A stretch of DNA of 64,000 bases from Chrysemys picta bellii (Eukaryota): positions 5,518,001-5,582,000 of the forward strand of contig NC_088803.1 in NCBI RefSeq assembly GCF_011386835.1. The letters run 5' to 3'. The position numbers were made by a program, and so were the translations under genes. Position 1 is the stretch's first letter. The number at the start of each line of letters is the position of its first letter. Positions 35,327 to 48,859 of the stretch are shown piece after piece. The notes beneath the pieces were generated by a model, which made no database searches, had not been told where the DNA came from, and worked only from the letters and a program-made list of their open reading frames with translations.

Positions 35327-36997
35327 GGTAGGGGACTGGACCAGACGGTGCTGGGGAACACTGGGCACCGATCCGGAGTGGATCCGGAGCCAGCTGGGTC
35401 CTAGAACTGGGCTGCTTCGGAGTCACTTGTACTGGACACGTATGCCTGGGAACTGGGCTGGTTCTGGACTCAGATCTTCTAAAGCCAGAATGGTCTTGTC
35501 CTGCTGGTTCTGGACTCAGATCTTTTAGAACCGGAGCGGTTCTGTGTATCTCCCTCCTGTTCTGGTTCTGGCTCCCTAGAACCCAGCTGGTTCTGTCTTC
35601 TTGGTTCTAGGCTTAGATCCCCTAGAACCAGAGTGGTTCTGTCTCTGTTGTTCTGGACTCAGATCTCCTAGAACCCAGCTGGTTCTGGTGTCCCTGGAAC
35701 TGGGCCAGTTCTGGGTTCAGATCATCTAGAACCCAGATGATTCTGGATTCCCTGGGACTGGATTAGTTTTGTCTCGGTCTGGGTCTGAACCTCCTAGAAC
35801 CCAGTTGGTTCTGGACTGGGACTGTTGTTCTGTTTCACACTCTGTATCTGGTACCCTTAGAACCAGGCTGGTTTGGGGCCTCTGATTCTGGTGCCAGACA
35901 CGCAGATCCAGTTCCCTCTCACATCAGTTCTGGGCTTGTGTCCCCTAGAACTGGTCCAGTTCTGTCCCTGGCACTCTGGTTCTGACGGCAGCTGGTTCCT
36001 TCCAGACCCGGATCGGAAACTGGTTCTGGTGCGGTTCAGTCCGAGCTCTCTGGAACCGGCCGCTCCGGCCCCTTGCTCACGAAATCTCAGCGCTTGTCTC
36101 TCCTTGTTTACTCGTTTCCCTTTCCGTCCTATACCCGGCGGAGGAGGGGAGAGAGCGCAGCCTGGAAACCCGAGACCGGTTTGATCTCGCTCGGCTTCCT
36201 CCTTCTCGTCGCCTGCTTCCTTCCCTTGCTCCGGTTTACACGGGGCTCGCCAGCCCGGAATATTCGCCTTCCAGCTGAGACTTCTCCCCGGGGGCTTTTC
36301 TTGCTCCCCCTTTCCGGCGCCCAGTTCTGCCCTCGGCACCTCTCACTCGCTCGCCCGGAGGTTATACAGAGATCTCTTGCCCGGCACTCCTCCCTCGGGG
36401 AATTTCTCGCTCCCTCCTTCCAGCGCGGAGTTCTCCTTCTGCCAGGGGGTTTCTGCTCCCCAGCGGTCCCTGTTTCCGGCTCGCTCCCTCGCTCTCACAT
36501 GGAGCTGGAGCCCGGCTCCCAGCGACCGACCCGCGGGGGAGCCAGACTCCTCCCCCGGCCGGCCCAGAGCCACTTCCCTTCTGCTGGCTGCATCCCCCTT
36601 TCAGTTCCTCCTCGCTCCCGCTTTTCCTTTCCATCACTCCACTTCTGTCTTGTTCTTTCCATCACTCCACTTCTCTGTCTCGTTCTTTTCTTTCTCCTTT
36701 TATCATTCCATTTCTCTTCCTTTCTTCTTCTCTTTCTATCACTCCATCTTTCTTTTTCTTGTTCTTTCACTTCAACTTTTCTTTCAATCATCACTTCATC
36801 TTTCCTTTTCTTTCTGTCCCTCCATCTACCTACCTTTCTTTCTTTCTCTTTCCCTTTGCCATCTCCCTCTTTCCTTCTCTCTCTCTCTTTCTCCTCATCT
36901 AGCCCAGGTGCCCCCCAGGGAGGAGCACAACCCTCTCGAGACCACAGCGCGGCTCCCCCAGCCCTGCCAGTTGGGGTCAGCCCCTCCCTGGATCCAG

Positions 36998-37064
36998 TAG
37001 GGTGACCATATGTCCCGATTTTATAGGGACAGTCCCGATATTTGCAGCTTTGTCTTATATAGGC
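36998..37064. mobile_element. hAT-Blackjack-like DNA transposon terminal fragment
   Basis: Begins TAGGGTGACCATATGTCCCGATTTTATAGGGACAGTCCCG; shares GCTTTGTCTTATATAGG with the copy at 53453. Confidence 0.6.
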
Positions 37065-37352
37065 CCCTCTCTAGGAAACCGTGCGCTCCATGTCAGCCCC
37101 CAGCCAGCCCTGCTCAGCACCTCCTGCAGTGAGATCTAGTGGGGGGAGGCCCACAGGCTCAGTGGTGGGGGGGGGATAATTATCCTGTGGCAGGGAGTTC
37201 CACGGAGTAATTGCATCAACATAACCATCCATTGCCCCCCGCACTCCTCCATCAATCCATGCATCCTTCCCTCCCCAGTACCTCCCTCTCCTCCCGTCTC
37301 TCTTCCTCTACCCCCATCTCTGTGGGACAGGATCTGAGCCCATCTCCCCCTC

Positions 37353-37488
37353 CAGGGGCGCCACCAGCTTTTCGGCCACCCTAGGCGATGGAAGGTCCCG
37401 CCGCCGAAATACCTCCGCAGTCGCCGCCCCCCAAATTGTAGCGCTTTAGGTGACCGCCTAGGTTGCCTAATGGGTTGCGCCAGCCCTG
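37353..37488. mobile_element. Short non-autonomous hAT-like MITE
   Basis: Imperfect terminal inverted repeats CAGGGGCGCC ... GCGCCAGCCCTG and internal CCTAGGCGA / CCTAGGTTGCCTAATGG motifs typical of CAGGG-ended turtle MITEs; no clean TSD. Confidence 0.5.
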
Positions 37489-38229
37489 CCCCCCCCCCCC
37501 AGGGCAACATCCCCCCCCCCTGCTAACCACCCATCCCATCCACCCCAGGGCTGGAGGAGGCACTTCCTGCCTGCCCATCCCCCACCCCACACCTCCACCA
37601 CTGCCATCCCTCCTTCCAGCCCAACCTTCGCTCCCACTTGGCCCTGAGAGATGCTGATAATGGGGCCAGGCCCGGACTTTCCCCCCGCCGCTGGCGGGGT
37701 CAGCGGGGCAATGTGCTGAGCAGGGAAGCAGGGGGTGGGGGGGAGAAAGACATGGATAGATGCATGGATAGATCCGAGGGGTGGACAGATGATGGGGGTC
37801 ACCATGCACCCTGGTCACGCCCACTCCGGCTGTGGGGTCAGGGGGGCACAGCCTGGTTCCCGCAGAGTAGAGTTGAGAAAAGGGAGGGGGAGAGAGCCAC
37901 TGTTCCCCCACCCCCATGAGCTACCGGCACCTAGGCCTAGGGCCCCTCCCCATGCCGGGGGCACCCCCCAAACCCAGAGGAATGGAGGAAATTGGGGAGG
38001 GGGTATAGGATCCAGAGACCCAAGGGGAGGGGATCCTGCTGCGGGGGGGGGGAGGGGGAGAAAGGGAGACTAGAAGCTGTTCTCTCTCCCCCCCCCCCCC
38101 CCGCGCACCCAGCTCACCCAGACCCACACATCCTGAGTCAAGGCTGAGCCTGCCCTGCCCCCTGGTGGCAGCGCCCAGCCATGGCCCAGTCTCACAGGGC
38201 AGCTCTAGCGGGACATGTGCTTCCCCCCC

Positions 38230-39110
38230 CACACACTCCCTCCCTTCTCCAGCCCTCCCCAAACCCCACTCTCACCCTCCTCCCCCAACCCCCCACTCCT
38301 TCCCTACTCCTCTCCCTCCTCCAGCCTTCCCCATCCCCCCTCTCCCTCCCTCCTCCCCCAACCCCCCACTCCTTCACTCTTCCTCTCCCAGCCCTCCCAA
38401 CCCCCCGACTCCCTCCCTCCTCCCCCAACCCCCACTCACTCCCTACTCCCCTCTCTCCTCCAGCCTTCCCCAACCCCCTCTCCCTCCCTCCTCCCCCAAC
38501 CCCCACTCACTCCCTACTCCTCTCTCTCATCCAGCCTTCCCCAACCCCCCTCTCCCACCCTCCTCCCCCAACCCCCACTCCTTCCCTCCTCTCCAACCCC
38601 CCCACTCCCTCCCTCATCCTCTCCCTGCCTTCCCCAACCCCCCACTCCCTCCCTACTCCTCTCCCTCCTCTAGCCTTCCCCAAACCCCACTACCCCCACT
38701 CCTTCCCTCCTCCTCTCCCTCCTCCAGCCTTCCCCAGCCCCCTACTCCGCCAACCCCCCACAAACCCCACTCCCTCCCTCCTGCTCCAACCCCCCACTCC
38801 TTCCCTCCTCCAGCCTTCCCCCAACCCCCCTACTCCCCAACGCCCCACTCCTTCCCTCCCTCTTCCTCTCCCAGCCCCCCCAACGACCCCACTCCTTCCC
38901 CCCTCCCCCACTCCCTCTCTACTCCCCTTCCTCCTCCAGCCTTCCCCAAACGCCCACTCCCTCCCTCCTCCCACAACCCTCCACTCCTTCCCCCCCTCCC
39001 AGCCCTCCCCAACCCCCCACTCCCTCCCTTCTCCCCTCCCTCTTCCAGCCTTCCCCGACCCCCCCACTCCTTCCCTCCTCCCCTCCCTCTTCCAGCCCTC
39101 TGCCAATCCC
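38230..39110. repeat. C/T-rich minisatellite
   Basis: Repeating CCAACCCCCCACTCCCTCCCTCCTC..CCAGCCTTCCC. Confidence 0.85.
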
Positions 39111-39597
39111 GCCTCCTTGTCCCCAGCCCCGTTTCCCGCCTGTTCCAACGGCCGCTTCCCCCCTCGTGCCTGAGGTGACCATCGGGCGGCTGGGGGGAGG
39201 GGCGGTTCTCTTTGAGTCCAGGCGGCCCAAACAAAAGCCGGGGGAGGGGCTAGTAACCCCCCTCCCTACGTCACAGCCTGCTAATTAACTCCCCTAAGTA
39301 GCCGCCCCCCAGCTAATTAATTAACCCCCCCCCGGGGGATGATGACTCATGGCAATATCCTGGCCAAGGCCATCACCCCAATTAACCCCCCAGAGTTAAT
39401 TAACCCCTTGGCCATGGACCAAGCAGCTAATTAACAACCGGGTTTGTTGGCGCTTTCTTAAATAATGGTCTGGGCATAGCTAATTAACACAGATCATTAA
39501 TGTATTAATAAAGACTAATAATGACCCCCCAGTCGCCCATGATGCCTAACGCCCAACTGATCCCCGCAGGGTCATTAATATGATAACGATAGTGTCA

Positions 39598-40097
39598 NNN
39601 NNNNNNNNNNNNNNNNNNNNNNNNNNNNNNNNNNNNNNNNNNNNNNNNNNNNNNNNNNNNNNNNNNNNNNNNNNNNNNNNNNNNNNNNNNNNNNNNNNNN
39701 NNNNNNNNNNNNNNNNNNNNNNNNNNNNNNNNNNNNNNNNNNNNNNNNNNNNNNNNNNNNNNNNNNNNNNNNNNNNNNNNNNNNNNNNNNNNNNNNNNNN
39801 NNNNNNNNNNNNNNNNNNNNNNNNNNNNNNNNNNNNNNNNNNNNNNNNNNNNNNNNNNNNNNNNNNNNNNNNNNNNNNNNNNNNNNNNNNNNNNNNNNNN
39901 NNNNNNNNNNNNNNNNNNNNNNNNNNNNNNNNNNNNNNNNNNNNNNNNNNNNNNNNNNNNNNNNNNNNNNNNNNNNNNNNNNNNNNNNNNNNNNNNNNNN
40001 NNNNNNNNNNNNNNNNNNNNNNNNNNNNNNNNNNNNNNNNNNNNNNNNNNNNNNNNNNNNNNNNNNNNNNNNNNNNNNNNNNNNNNNNNNNNNNNNN
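39598..40097. other. Assembly gap (exactly 500 N)
   Basis: Run of 500 N; a round number typical of a scaffolding join of unknown true size. Confidence 1.
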
Positions 40098-40960
40098 CCC
40101 CTGGATCCCTTCCAGCCCCACCGGTGCCCCCCCACTCCCGACCCACAACCCCCCGGATCTCCCCCAGCCCCACTGGTGTGCCCCACTCCCGACCCACAGC
40201 CCCTGGGATCCCCCCCAGCCCCACCGGTGTCCCTCACTCCCGACCCACAGCCCCTGGGATCCACCCCAGCCCCACTGGTGTGCCCCACTCCCGACCCACA
40301 ATCCCCCGGATCCCCGCCAGCCCCTCTGGTGTCCCCCACTCCCGACCCACAGCCCCTGGGATCCCCCCCAGCCCCACTGGTGTCCCCCACTCCCGACCCA
40401 CAGCCCCTGGGCCCCCCACTCCCAACCCACAACCCCCCGGATCCCCCCCAGCCCCACTGGTGTCCCCCACTCCCGACCCACAGCCCCTGGGATCCCCCCC
40501 AGCCCTACTGGTGTCCCCCACTCCTGACCCACAGCCCCTGGGCCCCCCACTCCCGACCCACAACCCCCCCGGATTCCCCCCAGCTCCACTGGTGCCCCCC
40601 ACTCCTGACCCACAACCCCCTGGGATCCCCTCCCAGCTCCACCGGTGCCCCCCACTCCCGACCCACAACCCCCTGGGTCCCCCCCCAGTCCCAATGGTGC
40701 CCCTACTCCTGACCCACAACCCCCTGGATTCCCCCCAGCCCCTTCGGTGCCCCCCACTCCCAACCCACAACCGCCTGGATCCCTCCCAGCCCCACCGGTG
40801 CCCCCACTCCCAACCCACAACCCCCCCGGATCCCCCCCCAGCCCCGCCGGTGCTCCCACTCCCAACCCACAACCCCCCGGATCCCCCCCAGCCCCACCGG
40901 TGCCCCCCACTCCCGACACACAGCCCCTGGGATCCTCCCAGCCCCACCGGTGACCCCACT
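40098..40960. repeat. ~55-bp minisatellite (DHRS4 intron 1), abutting the gap
   Basis: Repeating CCCACTCCCGACCCACAGCCCCTGGGATCCCCCCCAGCCCCACTGGTGT. Confidence 0.9.
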
Positions 40961-40983
40961 CCCCACCCCGCTCTTCCCCTCAG

Positions 40984-43900
40984 GATCGGGTTCGCTGTCG
41001 CCCGGCGCCTGGCGCAGGATGGGGCCCACGTGGTGCTAAGCAGCCGGAAGCAGAGTAACGTGGACCGAGCCGTGGCCGAGCTCCGTGCCCAGAGCCTCAG
41101 CGTGTCCGGGACCGTGTGTCACGTGGGCAGAGCCGCCGACCGGGAGCGCCTGGTTGCCACGGTGAGCCCGGACGCCTGGGTTCTCTCCGGCTCTGGGAGG
41201 GGAGTGGGGTCTAGTGGTTACAGCGGGGGGGCGGGGGGAGCTGGGAGCCCGGATGCCTGGGTTCTGTCCCCGGCTCTGGGAGGGGAGTGGGGTCTAGTGG
41301 TTACAGCCGGGGGGGGCTGGGAGCCCGGACACCTGGGTTCTGTCCCCGGCTCTGGGAGGGGGAGTGGGGTCTAGTGGTTACTGCGGGGGGGAGCTGGGAG
41401 CCTGGATCCTGGGTTCTCTCCCTGGCCCTGGGGGCGCCGATCACGGTCAGTAACCGGTCCCCCCATGTCTCATCTCTCCAGGCCCTAGAGCGTCATGGGG
41501 GTATCGACATCCTGGTCTCCAATGCGGCCGTGAACCCGTTCTTCGGCAACACTCTCGAGGCCAGCGAGGACGTGTGGAACAAGGTGGGGGATGGGGACAG
41601 AGCAGAAAGTGGGGTTTGGTGGGGGAGAGGGGCTGGGCTCAGAGTGGGGTTGGGAGACTAGGGGATGTAGTGGGAGTTAGGGGCAGCTGGGGGTCAGGGG
41701 GGAGAGGGGGAGAGAAGCTGAGGGTCAGAGGGGTGGGAGGAGGGTCATTGCATGAGAGGGGACAGCTGGGGGGCACAGACGACGGGGTGGGGAGGGGAAA
41801 TGGCCCTGGGTGCAGCTGGGGGGCAGACTGTGGAGTGGGAGGGCATGGGGCATGCGGGGGGCAGAACCCGGACTCCCCCTGATCCCTCGCTTCAGATCCT
41901 GCAGATCAATGTGACAGCAACAGCATTGCTGGTTGGCCTGGTCGTGCCCCACATGGAGAAACGGGGGTGAGTGCGGGGGGACCTGGGAGGAGGGGGAACG
42001 AGGGGGGAGACCGGGGGGGGCGATGAGGAAGAATGGATGAGCGGGGGAGGGGATGGGGACACACGGGGACGGGACCCGGGGGGGAGGGGCGATGAAGGGG
42101 GGGGAGGGGACCCAGGGGGGGAGGGGCGATGAGGGGACATATGGGGGAGGGGGAACAAGGAAGGGGGGAGCCTGGGGGGCAGCAGGTCTCTGGCTCATTC
42201 CTTTTCTCTGCACAGGGGCGGCTCCATCGTCCTCGTCTCTTCCATCGCCGGGTTCTCCCCCATCCCGGTGAGATGCCCCCGGGCCTGGCGCAGGGGAGCG
42301 TGGGGTGGCTGGCGGGGACCAGGGGCGGTTGCTGTGGGGCAGGCAGGGCGGGGGGGTGGTAGGGAGGAGTGGGGCTGGCTATTGGGTCAGAGGGGTAGGG
42401 GCTGGCGGGGGAGCAGGCAGGAGACGGGGTGGCTGGCAGAGGGGCGGGGAGGCGGGGCGGGGGGGCTGGCAGAGGGGCGGGGAGGCGGGGCGGGGGGGCT
42501 GGCGGGGGCGGGGCAGGGACTGGCCGTGCTGATCCCCCCCCCTCCCTACCCAGGCGCTGGGCCCGTACAGCGTCAGTAAAACGGCCCTGCTGGGACTCAC
42601 CAAGGTCCTGGCGCCCGAGCTCGGCGCCCGCAACATCCGCATCAACTGCCTGGCACCGGGGATCATACAGACCAACTTCAGCTCTGCCGTGAGTGCGGGG
42701 GGGGAGGGCCTCACGGGGGGGGGCACTGATGGGGGCGGGAGCCTCACCTGGGGGGCAGGGCAGTGACCCCCAACTCTGTTTTTTCTTCCAGCTGTGGAAG
42801 GAGGAGGCCGTAAAGGAGAAAATGATGAAGAACCTGAAACTGCAAAGGTACCAACGTCCTCCAGTCCTCCACACAGCCCTCCCCTCATCCCCCCATCCCC
42901 ATACACACCGCTCTCTCCATCCATCCACCCCTCCATCCATCCCTCCATCCACCCCTCCATCCCCATACACACCCCTCCCTCCATCCATCCACCTCTCCAT
43001 CCACCCCTCCATCCCCATACACACCCCTCTCTCCATCCATCCACCCCTCCATCCATCCCTCCATCCCCCATACACACCCTTCTGTCCATCCCATCCACCT
43101 CTCCACCATCCCTCCATCCCCATACACACCCCTCTCTCCATCCATCCACCCCTCCATCCATCCCTCCCACCCCATACACACCCCTCTCTCCATCCATCCA
43201 CCTCTCCCTCCATCCCATACACACCCCTCTCCCATCCATCCACCCCTCCCCTCATCCCCCCATCCCCATACACACCCCTCTCTCCATCCATCCACCCCTC
43301 ATCCATCCCTCCATCCCCATACACACCCCTCTCTCCATCCATCCTCCATCCCATACACACCCCTCTCATCCATCCATCCACCCCTCCATCCACCCCCCAT
43401 CCCCATACACACCCCTCTCCCATCCATCCACCCTCTCCATCCATCCACCTCTCCATCCATCCCACCATCCCCATACACACCCCTCTCACCCATCCATCCC
43501 ACCCCTCCCCTCATCCCCCCATCCCCATACACACCCCTCTCTCCATCCATCCACCTCTCCATCCATCCCCCCATCCCCATACACACCCCTCCCTCCATCC
43601 ATCCACCTCTCCATCCATCCCTCCATCCCCATACACACCCCTCTCTCCATCCATCCACCCCTCCATCCATCCCTCCACCCCATACACACCCCTCTCTCCA
43701 TCCATCCACCTCTCCATCCATCCCCCCATCCCCATACACACCCCTCTCTCCATCCATCCACCTCTCCATCCATCCCCCCATCCCCAACACACCCCTCTCT
43801 CCATCCATCCACCCCTCCATCCATCCCTCCAACCCCATACACACCCCTCCCTCCATACATCCACCTCTCCATCCATCCCTCCATCCCCATACACACCCCT

Positions 43901-46900
43901 CTCTCCATCCATCCACCTCTCCATCCATCCCTCCATCCCCATACACACCCCTCTCTCCGTCCATCCACCTCTCCATCCATCCCTCCATCCCCATACACAC
44001 CCCTCTCTCCGTCCATCCACCTCTCCATCCATCCCACCATCCCCATACACACCCCCTCCACCATCCACCCTCCTCCATCCATCCCACCCATCCACACCCC
44101 CCTCCACACCAACCACCTCCATCCACCCACCACCCACCCACCCCCTCCCATACACACCCCCTCTCCACCATCCACCCACCAACCCCACCCCATCACACCC
44201 CACCCCTCCACCCCATCCCACCACCCCTCCCACCACCCTCCATCCACCACCACCCACCACCCCATCCCCATACACACCCCCTCCCTCCATCCACACCTCC
44301 CACCACCCTCCATCCCCAACACACCCCTCTCTCCATCCATCCACCTCTCCACCATCCCTCCACCCATACACACCCCTCCCTCCATCCATCCACCCCTCCA
44401 TCCATCCCTCCATCCCCATACACACCCTTCTCTCCATCCATCCACCTCTCCATCCATCCCTCCATCCCCATACACACCCCCTCCCTCCCATCCATCCACC
44501 TCTCCATCCATCACCTCTCCATCCATCCCCCCATCCCCATACACACCCCTCCCTCCATCCATCCACCTCTCCATCCATCCCCCCATCCCCATACACACCC
44601 CTCCCTCCATCCATCCACCTCTCCATCCATCCCCCCATCCCCATACACACCCCTCTCCATCCATCCACCCCTCCATCCATCCATCCCTCCATCCCCATAC
44701 ACACCCCTCTCTCCATCCATCCACCTCTCCATCCATTCCCCCATCCCCATACACACCCTTCTCTCCATCCCTCCACCTCTCTATCCATCCCTCCATCCAT
44801 CCATCCCTTCCTCCCTCCATCCATCCATCCCCATACACACCCCTCTCTCCATCCATCCACCTCTCCATCCATCCCCCCATCCCCATACACACCCCTCCCT
44901 CCATCCATCCACCTCTCCATCCATCCCTCCATCCCCATACACACCCTTCTCTCCATCCATCCACCTCTCCATCCATCCCTCCATCCACCCCTTCCTCCCT
45001 CCATCCATCCATCCCCATACACACCCTTCTCTCCATCCATCCACCTCTCCATCCATCCATCCACCCCTTCCTCCCTCCATCCATCCATCCCCATACACAC
45101 CCCTCTCTCCATCCATCCACCTCTCCATCCATCCCTCCATCCCCATACACACCCCTCTCTCCATCCATCCACCTCTCCATCCATCCCCCCATCCCCATAC
45201 ACACCCCTCTCCATCCATCCACCCCTCCATCCATCCATCCCTCCATCCCCATACACACCCCTCTCTCCATCCATCCACCTCTCCATCCATCCACCTCTCC
45301 ATCCACCCCTCCATCCATCAATCCACCCCTCCCCTCCCTCCATCCATCCATCCCCATACACCTCCCTCCATCTATCCGTCCATCCCTGTACACACCCCCT
45401 CCATCCATCCCCATACACACCCTTCTCTCCATCCATCCACCTCTCCATCCATCCCTCCATCCATCCATCCACCCCTTCCTCCCTCCATCCATCCATCCCC
45501 ATACACACCCCTCTCTCCATCCATCCACCTCTCCATCCATCCCTCCATCCCCATACACACCCCTCTCTCCATCCATCTACCTCTCCATCCATCCCCCCAT
45601 CCCCATACACACCCCTCTCCATCCATCCACCCCTCCATCCATCCATCCCTCCATCCCCATACACACCCCCTCTCCATCCATCCACCTCTCCATCCATCCC
45701 TCCATCCATCAATCCACCCCTTCCTCCCTCCATCCATCCATCCCCATACACCTCCCTCCATCTATCCGTCCATCCCCGTACACACCCCTCCATCCATCCC
45801 CATACACACCCCTCTCTCCATCCATCCACCTCTCCATCCATCCCTCCATCCCCATACACACCCCTCTCTCCATCCATCCACCTCTCCATCCATCCCTCCA
45901 TCCCCATACACACCCCTCTCTCCATCCATCCACCTCTCCATCCATCCCTCCATCCCCATACACACCCCTCCCTCCATCCATCCACCTCTCCATCCATCCC
46001 TCCATCCCCATACACACCCCTCTCTCCATCCATCCACCTCTCCATCCATCCCTCCATCCCCATACACACCCCTCTCTCCATCCATCCACCTCTCCATCCA
46101 TCCCTCCATCCCCATACACACCCCTCCCTCCATCCATCCACCCCTCCATCCATCCCTCCATCCCCATACACACCCTTCTCTCCATCCATCCACCTCTCCA
46201 TCCATCCCTCCATCCCCATACACACCCCTCCTTCCATCCATCCACCTCTCCATCCATCCACCTCTCCATCCATCCCCCCATCCCCATACACACCCCTCCC
46301 TCCATCCATCCACCTCTCCATCCATCCCCCCATCCCCATACACACCCCTCCCTCCATCCATCCACCTCTCCATCCATCCCCCCATCCCCATACACACCCC
46401 TCTCCATCCATCCACCCCTCCATCCATCCATCCCTCCATCCCCATACACACCCCTCTCTCCATCCATCCACCTCTCCATCCATTCCCCCATCCCCATACA
46501 CACCCTTCTCTCCATCCCTCCACCTCTCTATCCATCCCTCCATCCATCCATCCCTTCCTCCCTCCATCCATCCATCCCCATACACACCCCTCTCTCCATC
46601 CATCCACCTCTCCATCCATCCCCCCATCCCCATACACACCCCTCCCTCCATCCATCCACCTCTCCATCCATCCCTCCATCCCCATACACACCCTTCTCTC
46701 CATCCATCCACCTCTCCATCCATCCCTCCATCCACCCCTTCCTCCCTCCATCCATCCATCCCCATACACACCCTTCTCTCCATCCATCCACCTCTCCATC
46801 CATCCATCCACCCCTTCCTCCCTCCATCCATCCATCCCCATACACACCCCTCTCTCCATCCATCCACCTCTCCATCCATCCCTCCATCCCCATACACACC

Positions 46901-48279
46901 CCTCTCTCCATCCATCCACCTCTCCATCCATCCCCCCATCCCCATACACACCCCTCTCCATCCATCCACCCCTCCATCCATCCATCCCTCCATCCCCATA
47001 CACACCCCTCTCTCCATCCATCCACCTCTCCATCCATCCACCTCTCCATCCACCCCTCCATCCATCAATCCACCCCTCCCCTCCCTCCATCCATCCATCC
47101 CCATACACCTCCCTCCATCTATCCGTCCATCCCTGTACACACCCCTCCATCCATCCCCATACACACCCTTCTCTCCATCCATCCACCTCTCCATCCATCC
47201 CTCCATCCATCCATCCACCCCTTCCTCCCTCCATCCATCCATCCCCATACACACCCCTCTCTCCATCCATCCACCTCTCCATCCATCCCTCCATCCCCAT
47301 ACACACCCCTCTCTCCATCCATCTACCTCTCCATCCATCCCCCCATCCCCATACACACCCCTCTCCATCCATCCACCCCTCCATCCATCCATCCCTCCAT
47401 CCCCATACACACCCCCTCTCCATCCATCCACCTCTCCATCCATCCCTCCATCCATCAATCCACCCCTTCCTCCCTCCATCCATCCATCCCCATACACCTC
47501 CCTCCATCTATCCGTCCATCCCCGTACACACCCCTCCATCCATCCCCATACACACCCCTCCCTCCATCCATCCCTCCATCCCCCCATCCATCCATCCCCA
47601 TATGCACCCCTCCATCCATCAATCCACCCCTCCCCTCCCTCCATCCATCCATCCCCATACACCTCCCTCCATCTATCCGTCCATCCCTGTACACACCCCT
47701 CCATCCATCCCCATACACACCCCTCCCTCCCTCCATCCCTCCATCCCCCCATCCATCCATCCCCATACACAGCCCTCCCTCCCTCCCTCCCTCCCTCCAT
47801 CCATCCATCCATCCACCCCTCCCTCCATCCTCATACACACCCCTCTCTCCATCCATCCACCTCTCCATCCCTCCATCCATCCCCATATGCACCCCTCCAT
47901 CCATCAATCCACCCCTCCCTCCATCCATCCATCCCCATACACACACACCCATCCATCCATCCCCATACACCTCCCTCCATCTATCCATCCATCCCTGTAC
48001 ACACCCCTCCCTCCATCCATCTACCCCTCCCTCCATCCATCCCTCCATCCACCTCCCCATCCATCCATCCATCCATCCATCCACCCCCATACACACCCCT
48101 CCATCCATCCACACGCCCCCCCCCAGTCACCTCCCCCCGGGCTCACCCTGTCTCTTCTCCCCAGGATGGGGGTCCCGTCTGACTGTGCTGGGATTGTCTC
48201 CTTCTTGTGCTCCCCCGACGCAAGCTACATCACTGGGGAGACCGTGGTGGTGGGCGGGGGCGCCCCCTCCCGCCTCTGA
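40984..48279 (+). CDS. DHRS4: Dehydrogenase/reductase SDR family member 4-like; exons 2-8 (exon 1 not visible, probably in the gap)
   Basis: Exons 40984-41161, 41482-41583, 41896-41966, 42216-42267, 42554-42688, 42792-42847, 48165-48279, all GT-AG and in frame. [33 protein letters not shown], catalytic Ser (VSSIAG), YSVSK and C-terminal PTS1 SRL are present. DHRS2 is the close paralogue, so the DHRS4 label is a best match. Confidence 0.9.
42880..48110. repeat. ~5.2-kb (CCAT)n-based compound satellite filling DHRS4 intron 7
   Basis: Repeating CCATCCCCATACACACCCCTCTCTCCATCCATCCACCTCTCCATCCATCCCT; + strand almost devoid of G. Confidence 0.98.
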
Positions 48280-48859
48280 GCCCCAGAACACAGATGGCCT
48301 GATGGACGGATGGATGGGCGAGCCCTCATTGGCTATTGGGGTGCACTCCTCGGGGGGGGGGTCTGGGAGAGAAGCAGGTTTGGGTGGCAGGAATTGTTGG
48401 TGGCACTAAAGGGAAGTGGGAGAGCAAGATTTGGGGGGGACTGGAGAGAGCCAGTGGATCAGCTTTTGGGGGGCAGGGTGCTGGGGTGACCTGTATGGGG
48501 GGTTTCCTTTGGGGAGAGAGAAGCAGGGGAGTTTTGGGGATGGGGGAAGGAAGGGGGGACCCAAGGAGTAGATGGGGGGCAGGGAGTGAGCACGAGGGAA
48601 GTACTGGGATACACATCTGGGAGGAGGGGTGTGGGCAATTTTGGGGGACAGCGGTGGGGTGGGAGAAGAAGGGGAGATTTAGGCATGCTGCGGTGGTGGA
48701 TTTGGGGGGATGGACCCCATGTGGGGAGGGGGGCTGAGTATTGGGGGGCACGGGGACCCCCTGCCATTTCCCCCCTTACCCCATCTCTCTGTGTTCTAGA
48801 CTTGATAAATTGTTGCTGCATCCTCTGTCTGCATCCTTCGTTTGTGGGGAGGGGCAGGG

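Noticed and set aside
36073-37005. 310-aa hydrophobic ORF upstream of SLC7A8
   Set aside because: The hydrophobicity comes from a CT/TTC pyrimidine tract; non-ATG start and no recognisable family.
42693-48409. 1400-1870-aa Pro/His/Ser or Gly/Trp/Met ORFs (likewise 59079-63596)
   Set aside because: Translations of the CCAT satellite, which lacks stop codons by composition; they lie in DHRS4 intron 7.
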